Shown: piece after piece, positions 48,435 through 59,270 of the stretch
How the letters are laid out: each line of letters opens with the position of its first letter
Numbering within the stretch: the stretch's first letter is position 1
Assembly (NCBI GenBank): GCA_963830365.1
Contig: CAWHMU010000039.1
Location: 20,841 to 84,840 of the forward strand
Source of the DNA: an uncultured Chlamydiae bacterium
GTDB lineage: Bacteria; Chlamydiota; Chlamydiia; Chlamydiales; Parachlamydiaceae
Reading direction: 5' to 3'
DNA: 64,000 nt
Made by a program: the position numbers and the translations under genes
Notes under the pieces: generated by a model
Database searches by the model: none
What the model was told of the DNA's origin: nothing
What the model saw: the letters and a program-made list of their open reading frames with translations, nothing else

Positions 48435-51400
48435 ATGATAGACAAAATATTAAAATTTTCCATCTACAACCGCGTCTTGGTGGTGCTGATCACCGCCGCC
48501 ATCGCCGGCTATGGCTTTTATTCGCTGAAGAATCTGCCTATCGATGCCGTGCCCGATATCACCAACAACCAGGTGCAGATCAACGCTACCGTACCGGGCC
48601 TATCGCCCGGCGAAGTGGAGAAACAGGTCACCTACCCCATTGAAAGCGCTTTGGCCGGCATTGCCGGACTTGAAAGCACGCGTTCGATCTCGCGCAATGG
48701 CTTCTCGCAGGTGACGGCCATCTTTCACGACAATGTAAACATCTACTTCGCTAGGCAGCAGATCAATGAGCGCTTGGCCGAAGCCAAAGAATTCCTGCCG
48801 GAAGGGGCCGAACCCAAGATGGGGCCGATCTCAACCGGCCTTGGCGAAATTTACATGTGGACGGTAGAATACGAACATCCGCAAGGCAAAGGCGCCACCA
48901 TCAGCGCCGGCAAACCGGGCTGGCAGCCGGACGGCTCCTACCTGACGCCGGAAAAGCAAAAGCTGCGCAACGAAGTGGAGCTTGCCTCCTACCTGCGCAC
49001 AGTGCAGGATTGGATCATCCGTCCGCAGCTAAAAGGCGTCACGGGCCTTGCTGAAGTGGATTCTATCGGCGGCTTCGTGCGACAATACCACGTAGAACCA
49101 AACCTTGAGAAAATGATCGGCCTCGGCATAACTTTCGACGACATTACGAAAGCGCTGCAAAATAACAACTTGAACGTCGGCGCCGGTTACATCGAGCAAA
49201 ACCAGCAGTCGTACCTCGTCAAAGGCGATGGACGCATCGAATCCCCTGAAGAAATCGGCGATATCGTCATCGCCACGCGCAAATCCGTCCCCATCCACAT
49301 CAAAGACGTGGCCGAAATCGTCTTCGGCAAGGAGATGCGCACCGGCAGCGCCACTGAAAATGGCCAGGAAGTGGTCATCGGCACTGCCATGATGCTGATC
49401 GGCGCCAACAGCCGCACGGTGGCTGTCGCCGTCGATGATAAGATGCAGCAGATCAACCGCACACTCCCTCCCGATATAAATGCCAAAACCGTGCTGAACC
49501 GCACCAAATTGGTCGATGCCACCATCCATACCGTCGGAAAGAACCTGGCCGAAGGCGCACTGCTGGTCATCGCCGTACTCTTCCTGATGCTTGGAAACCT
49601 GCGCGCAGCGCTAATCACCGCCTGCATCATCCCCTTGTCGATGCTGATGACCTCCATCGGCATGGTGCAAGCCAAAATCAGCGGCAACCTGATGAGTCTG
49701 GGGGCCTTGGATTTCGGCCTGATCGTCGACGGTGCCGTCATCATCACCGAAAACTGCCTGCGTAAACTGTCTGAAAAGCAGCATATGCTTAAGCGGCAGC
49801 TGTCGCTTACTGAAAGGCTGGATGAAGTCGCCATCGCCGCCAAAGAAATGATCCTGCCTACCGTCTTCGGACAAGCCATCATCTTAACTGTTTATCTGCC
49901 GCTGCTGACCTTCTCGGGTGTCGAAGGCAAGATGTTTGAACCGATGGCGCTAACGGTGATCTTTGCCCTGATTGCAGCTTTCATCCTGTCGCTCACCTTC
50001 ACCCCCGCCATGATAGCCTTCTTCGTCAAACCGAAGGCCGAAGAAAAAGAAAACGCTATCATCGTCTGGGCTAAAGCCGCCTATGCGCCGCTGCTAGAAA
50101 AAACCATAAAATTCCCGGCACAGGTGGTGGGCTTAAGTGTGCTGATTGCCTTTATTGCCTTTATGCTGTTTTTCAGACTAGGCCAGGAATTCATTCCGAC
50201 ACTGGACGAAAAAGATATCGCCCTGCACGCCGTGCGCATCCCTAGCACGTCGCTGACACAATCGACAGCCATGCAGCTAGATGTCGAAAAGACCTTGACC
50301 AGCTTCCCTGAAGTGGCTTTCGCCTTCTCCAAGACAGGCACCGCCGAGATGGCTTCCGATCCGATGCCGCCCAACGTGTCTGATACCTTCGTTATGCTGA
50401 AACCGCCCAGCGAATGGCCAAACCCCTCGCTTAGCAAACTTGAGCTGATTCAGAAGATCGAACAGGCCTTGCAAAAGCTGCCGGGCAATAACTACGAATT
50501 CACCCAGCCCATCGAGATGCGCTTCAACGAATTGATTGCCGGCGTACGCAGCGATGTAGCCGTTAAACTGTATGGCGACAACTTCGACCAGCTGCAGATT
50601 ACGGCCGAACAGATCGCACGCGTATTAAAGACCATCAAAGGCGCAGCCGACATCAAAGTCGCCCAGACCGACGGGTTGCCGACATTGGAAGTCAAAATCA
50701 ACCGCGCCGCCGCCAAGCGCTTGGGACTCAACGCCACCGATATCTTGGGAGCCGTCAGCAAGGCCGTGGGCGGCGACAAAGCCGGGATACTGTTTGAAGG
50801 AGACCGCCGTTTCGATATCATCGTGCGCCTGCCGCCAGCAGTGCGCGAAAACCCTATTGCCTTGAACAACATCCCGATCTTCCTGCCGCATCAGCGTGAT
50901 GATGGCAAGAGCTTGGCTTATGTGCCTCTTAGGGAGGTGGCCACATTGGTCTCGACCGAAGGGTTGAATGAGATCAGCCGCGAAAACGGCAAACGCGTGA
51001 CCATCGTGCAGGCCAACGTGCGCGGCAGCGACCTGGGCACTTTTGTCTCGCAAGCCAAGCAAAAAATAAATGCCACCGTCAAAATCCCCCCCGGCTATTG
51101 GATCGCCTGGGGCGGACAATTTGAAAACTTGATGTCTGCCAAAAATCATCTGATGGTCGTCGTACCGCTGTGCTTCCTGCTGATTTTCATCTTGCTCTAC
51201 ACCTCGCTGCATTCCGTTAAGGAGTCGCTGATGGTCTTTAGCGGCGTGCCCTTGGCCCTCACCGGCGGCATCATCGCCCTTTGGCTGCGCGACATGCCTT
51301 TCTCCATCCCGGCAGCGGTGGGCTTTATCGCCCTCTCCGGCATCGCCGTGCTGAACGGCCTTGTCATGCTAACCTATATCAATCAGCTGGTGGACCGCGG

Positions 51401-51659
51401 GGTCGCGCTGCAGCAGGCCATCACCGAAGGGGCGCTGACGCGCCTGCGTCCGGTGCTGATGACTGCCCTTGTAGCCTCGCTCGGCTTTGTACCGATGGCT
51501 CTCGCTATGGGTACCGGCGCCGAAGTGCAGAAGCCGCTGGCCACCGTCGTCATCGGCGGCCTCATCAGCTCGACCATGCTGACGCTGCTGGTACTGCCGG
51601 CGCTATGCCAGCTGTTCCTCGGCGCCAAAAGCCTGCTGGCTGCCAAAGTAAAAATCTAA
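48435..51659 (+). CDS. czcA: Heavy-metal efflux RND permease (CusA/CzcA family)
   Basis: LPIDAVPDITNNQVQ, NLMSLGALDFGLIVDG, RLRPVLMTA and AEVQKPLATVVIGG motifs. Confidence 0.93.
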   Translation: MIDKILKFSIYNRVLVVLITAAIAGYGFYSLKNLPIDAVPDITNNQVQINATVPGLSPGEVEKQVTYPIESALAGIAGLESTRSISRNGFSQVTAIFHDNVNIYFARQQINERLAEAKEFLPEGAEPKMGPISTGLGEIYMWTVEYEHPQGKGATISAGKPGWQPDGSYLTPEKQKLRNEVELASYLRTVQDWIIRPQLKGVTGLAEVDSIGGFVRQYHVEPNLEKMIGLGITFDDITKALQNNNLNVGAGYIEQNQQSYLVKGDGRIESPEEIGDIVIATRKSVPIHIKDVAEIVFGKEMRTGSATENGQEVVIGTAMMLIGANSRTVAVAVDDKMQQINRTLPPDINAKTVLNRTKLVDATIHTVGKNLAEGALLVIAVLFLMLGNLRAALITACIIPLSMLMTSIGMVQAKISGNLMSLGALDFGLIVDGAVIITENCLRKLSEKQHMLKRQLSLTERLDEVAIAAKEMILPTVFGQAIILTVYLPLLTFSGVEGKMFEPMALTVIFALIAAFILSLTFTPAMIAFFVKPKAEEKENAIIVWAKAAYAPLLEKTIKFPAQVVGLSVLIAFIAFMLFFRLGQEFIPTLDEKDIALHAVRIPSTSLTQSTAMQLDVEKTLTSFPEVAFAFSKTGTAEMASDPMPPNVSDTFVMLKPPSEWPNPSLSKLELIQKIEQALQKLPGNNYEFTQPIEMRFNELIAGVRSDVAVKLYGDNFDQLQITAEQIARVLKTIKGAADIKVAQTDGLPTLEVKINRAAAKRLGLNATDILGAVSKAVGGDKAGILFEGDRRFDIIVRLPPAVRENPIALNNIPIFLPHQRDDGKSLAYVPLREVATLVSTEGLNEISRENGKRVTIVQANVRGSDLGTFVSQAKQKINATVKIPPGYWIAWGGQFENLMSAKNHLMVVVPLCFLLIFILLYTSLHSVKESLMVFSGVPLALTGGIIALWLRDMPFSIPAAVGFIALSGIAVLNGLVMLTYINQLVDRGVALQQAITEGALTRLRPVLMTALVASLGFVPMALAMGTGAEVQKPLATVVIGGLISSTMLTLLVLPALCQLFLGAKSLLAAKVKI

Positions 51660-51667
51660 GCCAGAAC

Positions 51668-51697
51668 ATGTAGCGTAGACATCAGTCTGCGCTACAT
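51668..51697. repeat. Short GTAG-containing hairpin after czcA (REP-like or terminator)
   Basis: atgtagcgtagac-atca-gtctgcgctacat. Confidence 0.6.
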
Positions 51698-52040
51698 CTC
51701 CTCATTAGGACCGCCTAGCCTAAAGAAAAAAATCCCGAGAAGTGCTGCTCGGAATTAAATCTGGATGCGAATGTCTCATCTGCTATGTATTTTTGAAACA
51801 TTAGATTGGGTTGACGTATCGGCCATTAAAAGAATGACAATTGTGACTGAAGCCCCATTTGGATTCACCTATCAAGTTTTTCTTTTCATTCATTACTGGC
51901 AAGACTAGAGCTGAAGGACTTGGATTGATGGTCAGCAGGTCGCCGGAACAATCTGTCTCCGGATAAGCAAATATATACCATGATCTATTTGTAATGTTCT
52001 CTTTGAAACAAATCGGCATTCTAGCACAGAAGGTCTAGTT

Positions 52041-52278
52041 AGCCTCGATAGAGGCGGAAGCATGTAGCTATAGGTGTCAACCTATGGAATAAAATGTAGT
52101 ATAAAGAGAGCCGTGAATACGGCGACAGCTATTTCGATGGAAGCTGAATTAGATGCAATTATTATAGTATATACTATCCTTTAGTCATTGCTGCCGCCGT
52201 ATTCACGGCTTTATTTCTAAACATGCGATTACCACACGCTGACGCATGTGGCTACATGCTGCCGCCTCTATCGAGGCT
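52041..52278. repeat. GTAGCCACAGG-family hairpin element
   Basis: agcctcgatagaggcggaagcatgtagc ... agccgtgaatacggcg / cgccgtattcacggct ... gctacatgctgccgcctctatcgaggct. Confidence 0.85.
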
Positions 52279-52635
52279 GTAAAAATGTTCACATGGCTAG
52301 TGCCCTATCTCTTGTAGGCAGTGCCAACTCAAATCCTTCCTTCACAGGATCGAACGCGCAATTTGCCATTATGTATGATTTATTTAACATCCCCCATTAG
52401 TTTACATATGGGGAGGTACGCGATTGTGCGATGACCAATTTTCAGACTCCAACCTGTGGCGTGCTTTTTTTTGAATATATTTTTAAAATATCCTCATCAG
52501 TTCAAGCAGCAAAAATAGACGTGTTAAAAAAAACATAGTGACATTCAAAACCATTCTATTTATCAACAACACACAGATAAACCTAACACTTAATATACTT
52601 TATAATTTATACTAGTTGCCTCATTAGGAGGCTTA

Positions 52636-55600
52636 ATGTCTAATTTTCCATCGCTCGCTTATACAGGGTTCACTACAAGATCGCATTTTGATATCGGAAC
52701 AAGTCACGGGAATACCTCTCCTGAAGAGATGAAAACAGCAGACACAGTGGCCACCCAAATTCTTAGCACAAAGCCTGTAATTCCACAGCGCCTTAATACT
52801 CACAACGACCAGCAAGTCGTTCATCAGCCAACAGAAAGTAGCCAAGAAATGGTGAATGTCCAGCAGATATCGCAACCGATTTTAACACCCCTCAAAAACT
52901 TAACACCCCTCAAAAGCACTGTGGCTTTAGCAGTGGAAAAAGAAGAAAAATGCCCGCTATCCATCGAACAAAAAGATGCCGATAACAAGCTCACTAAAAA
53001 CCCTCCGGTCGATCTTTGTGTTAAAATCCATGGTGAGTCGCCGCAAGAGATTATCAGCCGGCTGTATCACACAGCTAAAACTTCCAAACAAAAACGGGCC
53101 TGCCTTAACTATCTGCTGCACTATCAGCATTATAATGCTGAATTTACCACACAAGCAAATAACCACTTAGGTTATCCCATTCCCTTGTGGGCGCCCCAAG
53201 ACAAGCCTGGCTATATTCGCACCGAGCATAATCGTCTTTTTGATACGATAGAGCCTTTCATTAAAAATCATCTGGGCCCTTTCTTTGAAAGATGCTATGC
53301 CTCAGTGGAAATTCCAAACCCAACATACAAGAAAAAAAACGCTGCCGAAAAAAACGCCTTTTGGCTGGACAAAATTTTAAACAACGCCAAAATATCTTCT
53401 TCCCAGGCAGTTTCTGTCTTAAAGACATTTTACCCACAGAAATCATTTAAGGAAGTTTGCATAACGCCCGCTGACCTTTCCAAGAGCATCCAGCAGATTT
53501 TGGACGAGAAAAATATTTTAAAAGCCAATGCTACGTTAAGCGAGCTCAATAAGACCAGGAATGAAATCCCCTTTTTCGTCTTCATACTGCAGATGCCAGG
53601 CATTGATTGCGTGGTGTTGTGGGGGGCTGAGTGGAAGACTTGTAACACAATATCGAAGGACACCTCACTAGTGTGCGGCAATATGCTTAAATTCTTCGAT
53701 TCACATGTCTTTTCGCTACTTAACGAAACAGGTTCTATTCCAGATAGACTGGCCATCAACGACTTCCTGACGATGCAGGAAGAACCTTTGATAACCGAAC
53801 GTCTGCTTAAAGATCTCGATAATTCTTCATCCTCAGAAAACACGCCTGCCGAGACAGTTTACTCTTGGAATCAACAGATGCAAGCGATTGCAAATTACAC
53901 CTTCAAAGATGATCCAGGTGCTGAGCTTTATCGGGATGCCATCCTTCAGTGGGATGCTTGCTTTTTTCAGAAACACCAATTTCCACTTGCCTACCAGCTT
54001 TTGTGCTCCCAGGTGAGCCCCTGGATGTCCTCAGCATACGGTGTGGTGCAGTGGGCAAAAGCTTACCAGAACATCTGCGAGATCATAATGTTCGCTGTGG
54101 AATACTTAGAAATAGACACCCCTGAAGAGTCAAAAGATGAAAATTCTAATGTCGGCAGTATGGGCGCTAGTAAAATGGCCGAGTTTAAATCCAATTTGCT
54201 GCATATTCTCAATGGTCAAGGACATATTTCCAAACTTCATGCCGATGTTGGCCTGTTTTCCTATGCCATGGGGGCCAGTTTCTTTGTCTTAGATAACCTT
54301 CTAAAACGCCCCGAATTTGCTGCCGCGGCAGACATCGCCTGTGTGAGTCAAAGTTATTTTGAAACCCAGTCCATGCTTGACACCTTGGTAAATGTCAAGG
54401 GAAAGGGTTTTGTCCTGCAAAAAGAACATTTACTGGATGACATCGAAGGGATCCCTGACATTTTAGTTGCCGACATCCACTCCAACAATGCCCGCGGTGC
54501 CGAGCTATATCAAAACGCTGTCGCTGAATGGGTTGGAGAACGTCTAAATAGAAACTCGCTGCGCAAGATGATTCTGGTGCTGGATATCACCCTCAACTAT
54601 TGGGCTGACGAGACCATTCAGCAGCTGCTAAAAGACCTCGCTGTATACATCAAAGCAGACCGGCTAGAGATTTTCATGGTACAGAGCCTTGCTAAACTGG
54701 TCCAATTAGGCGCAGATAATTCCTCCGGTGGCCTTTGCATTCATATAAGTCATCCTCAAACACCCCATCATCCTGTATTTCCGACTGCGCTTCCGAAAAA
54801 GGTTTCCTTTTATAACCTGCTGGCAAAAAACTTCCGGGATCTCAACGCCAGGTATTTTCAATGCATCCGCGCAAATTCGACATGGATGTATGAGCGGCTA
54901 AAGAGCCGCTTTGAAGAGATCCAACATCAGTGCAAGGCCGGCAGCATTGGTGCAGGAAAAAAGCAGCATGCAAACACGACGTTTCGAGCTGCCGATATTA
55001 CGTTGAATACCGATGAAAATACAGTCTACGTCGCTATCAATTTCAGACCTCTGCTGCGCGTGCTCCAACCCGACGCTAAAAATGCTGAAAAGATGGTCTC
55101 TATGATTCGAGAGTTGATTTTGGAGCTGGCGCGTGGGCGAGGCTTGCCTTTGACTGGCCGGCAAAGTTTTGGATTTTCGCTCTCCAACATGAGCAATGTG
55201 GTGGATTCAATCCGCTTTTCGATTGGTGTGGAGACGGAAGCCGTTTTCAATCAGTATGTCGATCTTATTGGAGAGGTTGTCGATCTATTGTCTATAAATA
55301 TTGCTAAAGAGTCGCAGTTCGATATTAAAACCTTTCTGAAAAATATCAGAACGGCGTTTGCTGTTATCGAAAAAAAACTGACCCTGCCTCCACTATCCGT
55401 AGGCGCTATTCACTATGAAGACAATCCGAACACGGATCATACCACGGCAAATATTGGCTTTACTGATGGAATTCTGGAAGTAGAGATTTTAAAGGATGGG
55501 CAATCGCTTGGGTTCCTTGAGCCGAAGGATCGCTGCTTAGGCGATGCCCCTTCGTGCCATCCTGAATCTAGCTCCAACCTGATCAGACTTTGTTTCTACC

Positions 55601-58320
55601 TCCTATCCCTTGAGACTGTCAGCCTGTATGAATCCAATCAAGGCCCATACGAAATTACTGGCGTTTTCCAGTCACGCTATCTTGGCGATGATCATTTATT
55701 GGATAGCATATTCGACATTTACAATTTAAAAGATGATCAAGAAACCAATGCTACAGGTAAACTGACGATACAATTTTCTCCTTTCAAAGTGATTTTACCT
55801 AATGGTATCGAATTTGCCTCCGATAAGATTTTTGTGAGAGTTCCATCCCTCGGTACTCATCCTGTGAAGTTCAAGCGCCTGGATTTGCAAAGACGCCAGG
55901 ATATATTGACGAAATGTGTTACCCATGATTGCCAGGCTAACGAGCACGGCCAGGATGGTATTAGGCTGGCATTCGACGCGAGAAAGCCTTTCTTGAATTA
56001 TCATGAGAAGATCTTAAAGCAGAAAAGTCTTAAAGACGTGGTTGAATTTTTGAATGGACTTGATTTCGACAACCTACCGTGCATCCATGACTATTCTTGG
56101 GGGGCGGAAAAGCCTTTAGAACTCATCCATAGGCACTTACATTCGCTGGGCGGTATTGTCGCCGGCAAGCTAAATGGCAGCTTTATAAAAGGCATCCAAG
56201 CGATCAAATCAAAGGAGTGTCGAGGGGCGTTGATAAGCGGGATGGTCTCTGCCTTGATCAAGGGACCGTTTGAACCCCTCAGTGCGGCGGTTGGCACTTT
56301 CATTGGCGAGAAGTTTTTACCTCGGTTATCTCTTGAAGACGATGATTTGGAAAGATGGATTGGAAATTTCGATAAGTACATAAGCAACCTGCCGGACAAG
56401 ATTAGTAGCCACCCGGACAAGATTCAGGGTGTTTATCGGCATGCCGCCCTCTTCCTTCCCCGTATAGTGAAAGAATATAGCAAGCCATTTGCCTTGTATC
56501 GTACCAATGAATCACGCCCCTTGCGCCATATTGCTGAACTGGTAGAACCCTACCATCCCGAATTGAAGGCCCACCTGCTAGACCTCGAGGCTAAAATCTG
56601 GAAAAACGAGCTCTCTTATATAGAAGAGTTAAAAGTGGGCAGCCAAATCAATATACAGGGGATGGGAAATGACGTCGTAAGCAAGATTAAAAGCTATTTG
56701 TTCGACCCAAAAGTTAGTGAAAATATAAATACCCTGCTGCGCCTGTATGCTAAATATCCCTTAACGCCGGCAAGCACAGCTATCTTGTTTGGCGCACTGA
56801 AAGAAATCCCCGAAGACTTACGTCTTGATTGGGCAAGCCAGCCCAGATTCTGGTATATCCCACTTGATGATGAGGAGATGGATCTGGTGGATGACCTGGA
56901 TGTTGAAACCTTTGCCGAAAGGCACCGACAGGCAATCAGCGAATTCTTTACCGCCATGGAAGGCAAGAAGTTTATCCTCGATAGTCTAAACAAAAAACCT
57001 GCCGATGATATCATCCAAGCTTTCCGCTGGGCGGTCATCACGCAGGACGTCGAACTGTTTTCGAAATTGCGTGACATCTGCCAAGACATTTTAAACGCCA
57101 AGCAACAAGGGAGTGAAGAAGCCAATGCCACCCTATTAGAACCATTCGAAGCTTTGCCTTACCTTAGATGTCATTTGAAAGCTGCCGATCCCGTTCAGAA
57201 TGCATTGCTAGAGACGATAGATAAACTTTTTCCAAACAATGCCCCGGCAGACAATTCAGCTGCGGCAGCGCTGCACAGCCAGCGTGGACCTACCCCTAAG
57301 TCATCGCCAGACCTGTCTGATGATGAGGAAAAAGCAGTTTCAGCCCCACAGAAGAAAATAGGCCAGCAGAAAGCTGCTCAGGAGCTGGAAGACAAAAGCA
57401 ATGCCGTGAACCAAAGTGGTAATCCAGACTACTGGTACAAAGGGGTTGACATACATCGCATTTTGCAAGCCTATCCAGTGCAAAAACAGCTGCAAGGCGT
57501 GCGTTCACTGGGATCGATGACACTGGCGGAGTTGACGCCAAAAGTTGATGAGATCATCGCCTCACTTAAGGAAAAACCTGCCGTTTGTGTCTACAACATA
57601 GGAAATTTACATTGGGTGGCTTTTTGTCTCATCTTGCAAGCCGATGGCACCATCGTGGCTTTATACAAAGATTCCAAAGGCGCCTCGAATTCGGCACTGG
57701 AAGACCTTTTGAAGAGAAATAAGCGGGCCGTCCGTTTTATCCCCCATCCAGTTTGTGAACAAATTGGTGATGGCACTAGCTGCGGTCCTATGGCAATACA
57801 AAACATGCTGGTCATCGCCGGCCAGCTGGCAGGTTCCAAGAAAAATGATTTCATCGAAAATTTCGCCAAATATGGTTCATTTTGCAACTTGACAGAGGTT
57901 GCCGCCTTGCGCAAAACAGATTTCCCGGCTTTTTATAAGAACGGTTCTCAGAAAATGGCCAACGATGAGGCGGAAAATGACTTGCGAAACAGCCAAATCA
58001 GAGACCAGCTATATCCGAAAATTCAAGCGCTGGCAGCGCGCTTGCAAAAACACTGCGATCTGACAGTTAAAGCCTTGAAAGCCGATGAGCACATGGACAA
58101 GACGACAGAGAAGAACACCATAGCTGTTGACGTAGGGGTAGTTGCCAATCCATTAAATGGCACATATGCCTATCACTTCAGAGTAGGAGCCAGCGCCGAT
58201 GTCGATATAGCGGCATTGAAAGTGATTATCGACAGGGAGTTCACTGAAGGCCGTGATTACGACATTGCGTCCGATGTGATTAAAATCCATCCCGCTCCAT
58301 CCGACCATACCCATCAGTAG
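52636..58320 (+). CDS. 1894-aa multidomain protein: PLP-dependent Cys/Met-lyase-like domain plus C-terminal CE-clan (Ulp1-like) protease
   Basis: LVLDITL, QSLAK...D..GG, SFGF and IRFSIGVE motifs; NLHWV...YKDS...Q..DG.SCG; AGGAGG RBS. Confidence 0.7.
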   Translation: MSNFPSLAYTGFTTRSHFDIGTSHGNTSPEEMKTADTVATQILSTKPVIPQRLNTHNDQQVVHQPTESSQEMVNVQQISQPILTPLKNLTPLKSTVALAVEKEEKCPLSIEQKDADNKLTKNPPVDLCVKIHGESPQEIISRLYHTAKTSKQKRACLNYLLHYQHYNAEFTTQANNHLGYPIPLWAPQDKPGYIRTEHNRLFDTIEPFIKNHLGPFFERCYASVEIPNPTYKKKNAAEKNAFWLDKILNNAKISSSQAVSVLKTFYPQKSFKEVCITPADLSKSIQQILDEKNILKANATLSELNKTRNEIPFFVFILQMPGIDCVVLWGAEWKTCNTISKDTSLVCGNMLKFFDSHVFSLLNETGSIPDRLAINDFLTMQEEPLITERLLKDLDNSSSSENTPAETVYSWNQQMQAIANYTFKDDPGAELYRDAILQWDACFFQKHQFPLAYQLLCSQVSPWMSSAYGVVQWAKAYQNICEIIMFAVEYLEIDTPEESKDENSNVGSMGASKMAEFKSNLLHILNGQGHISKLHADVGLFSYAMGASFFVLDNLLKRPEFAAAADIACVSQSYFETQSMLDTLVNVKGKGFVLQKEHLLDDIEGIPDILVADIHSNNARGAELYQNAVAEWVGERLNRNSLRKMILVLDITLNYWADETIQQLLKDLAVYIKADRLEIFMVQSLAKLVQLGADNSSGGLCIHISHPQTPHHPVFPTALPKKVSFYNLLAKNFRDLNARYFQCIRANSTWMYERLKSRFEEIQHQCKAGSIGAGKKQHANTTFRAADITLNTDENTVYVAINFRPLLRVLQPDAKNAEKMVSMIRELILELARGRGLPLTGRQSFGFSLSNMSNVVDSIRFSIGVETEAVFNQYVDLIGEVVDLLSINIAKESQFDIKTFLKNIRTAFAVIEKKLTLPPLSVGAIHYEDNPNTDHTTANIGFTDGILEVEILKDGQSLGFLEPKDRCLGDAPSCHPESSSNLIRLCFYLLSLETVSLYESNQGPYEITGVFQSRYLGDDHLLDSIFDIYNLKDDQETNATGKLTIQFSPFKVILPNGIEFASDKIFVRVPSLGTHPVKFKRLDLQRRQDILTKCVTHDCQANEHGQDGIRLAFDARKPFLNYHEKILKQKSLKDVVEFLNGLDFDNLPCIHDYSWGAEKPLELIHRHLHSLGGIVAGKLNGSFIKGIQAIKSKECRGALISGMVSALIKGPFEPLSAAVGTFIGEKFLPRLSLEDDDLERWIGNFDKYISNLPDKISSHPDKIQGVYRHAALFLPRIVKEYSKPFALYRTNESRPLRHIAELVEPYHPELKAHLLDLEAKIWKNELSYIEELKVGSQINIQGMGNDVVSKIKSYLFDPKVSENINTLLRLYAKYPLTPASTAILFGALKEIPEDLRLDWASQPRFWYIPLDDEEMDLVDDLDVETFAERHRQAISEFFTAMEGKKFILDSLNKKPADDIIQAFRWAVITQDVELFSKLRDICQDILNAKQQGSEEANATLLEPFEALPYLRCHLKAADPVQNALLETIDKLFPNNAPADNSAAAALHSQRGPTPKSSPDLSDDEEKAVSAPQKKIGQQKAAQELEDKSNAVNQSGNPDYWYKGVDIHRILQAYPVQKQLQGVRSLGSMTLAELTPKVDEIIASLKEKPAVCVYNIGNLHWVAFCLILQADGTIVALYKDSKGASNSALEDLLKRNKRAVRFIPHPVCEQIGDGTSCGPMAIQNMLVIAGQLAGSKKNDFIENFAKYGSFCNLTEVAALRKTDFPAFYKNGSQKMANDEAENDLRNSQIRDQLYPKIQALAARLQKHCDLTVKALKADEHMDKTTEKNTIAVDVGVVANPLNGTYAYHFRVGASADVDIAALKVIIDREFTEGRDYDIASDVIKIHPAPSDHTHQ

Positions 58321-58366
58321 TATAAAACAGGAATTTAAAATTCGACGAAGGTTTCCAAGTAGGCTA

Positions 58367-58491
58367 TGAAAGGGGCCGGAGCTGCGATGTGCGATTTTTT
58401 TACATAAAATTGAACCGGCCTGTAAAGAATCGCACATCGCAGCTCCGGCCCCTTTCACCGGCCCCTTTCATCGCAGCTCCGGCCCCTTTCA
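58367..58491. repeat. 30-bp perfect inverted repeat with tandem partial duplications of the right arm
   Basis: tgaaaggggccggagctgcgatgtgcgatt / aatcgcacatcgcagctccggcccctttca, followed by ccggcccctttca and tcgcagctccggcccctttca. Confidence 0.85.
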
Positions 58492-58507
58492 CGTGTGCGA
58501 TCAAATT

Positions 58508-59269
58508 TTAATTGGCAAACCCAGCCACGAAAGCCCTGGCATTACCTTCAAAGCGCAAAGCCCCTTCGGCAAGTTTTGAGTACGTTTGCAAGCAGCTATC
58601 TATGCTACCGTCAGTGCGATAGCTAATATGGGGATAGCTGGCAATGGTCAGGCGCTGGTACCCCTCTACGTTTTCACGGTATTCGAAAATCCTTTTCGCG
58701 ATGATCTCAACGACATCATTCATCCGTTGTTTAAGGGGGCCATGGCACATGTCACAGCGGCTAGATACTTTTGAAGGGGCCGTCTCCGTATTGTATACAT
58801 GGCCGCAGTTTGCGCAAATCTGGCGGTGTAAAATGCGTTGTTGGCAAAGCCCATTAGCAGCGTCTAACATCACGCCGATGGCGACATCCTTCAAGTCAAG
58901 CGTGGCTAGCAGCTCGTTGAGATAGTTTAGATCTTCTGTTTTACGCCCGAAGCCATCAATGATGAACGGTTTGCCTGCATCTTTGCAGCATCTGACAGCT
59001 TGTCCCAAAAGCGAGTGCATGATCGGAGCTGCGATAAAGTCGCCCTGCTTGACGATTTGTTCGATTTCCAACCCAATGGAAGTGCGCTTATCTATTTCTT
59101 GACGAACGAGATCCCCGCAGCTGATGTGGTTGTAGCCGTGCTGCTCTTTGAGATGCTGGGAGAGGGTCCCTTTTCCGCTGCCAGGAGGCCCCATGAGTAT
59201 GATCACAGGATCTAATGAAAAAAGAGAGGCAGTAAGACAGGTTATGACTGTAGTTAAAATCTTTTTCAT
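58508..59269 (-). CDS. Adenylate kinase family protein with a zinc lid and a putative signal peptide
   Basis: MGPPGSGKGT, HISCGDLVR, FIIDGFGR, CANC...CDMC, QRMND; N-terminus MKKILTTVITCLTASLFS. Confidence 0.85.
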   Translation of the reverse strand: MKKILTTVITCLTASLFSLDPVIILMGPPGSGKGTLSQHLKEQHGYNHISCGDLVRQEIDKRTSIGLEIEQIVKQGDFIAAPIMHSLLGQAVRCCKDAGKPFIIDGFGRKTEDLNYLNELLATLDLKDVAIGVMLDAANGLCQQRILHRQICANCGHVYNTETAPSKVSSRCDMCHGPLKQRMNDVVEIIAKRIFEYRENVEGYQRLTIASYPHISYRTDGSIDSCLQTYSKLAEGALRFEGNARAFVAGFAN

Positions 59270-59270
59270 A

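Noticed and set aside
51801..52019. 72-aa minus-strand ORF
   Set aside because: No RBS or motif that I can support
52882..52915. 18-bp-period tandem duplication (LTPLKN/LTPLKS) in the 1894-aa gene
   Set aside because: Real, but a trivial in-frame duplication in a disordered N-terminus
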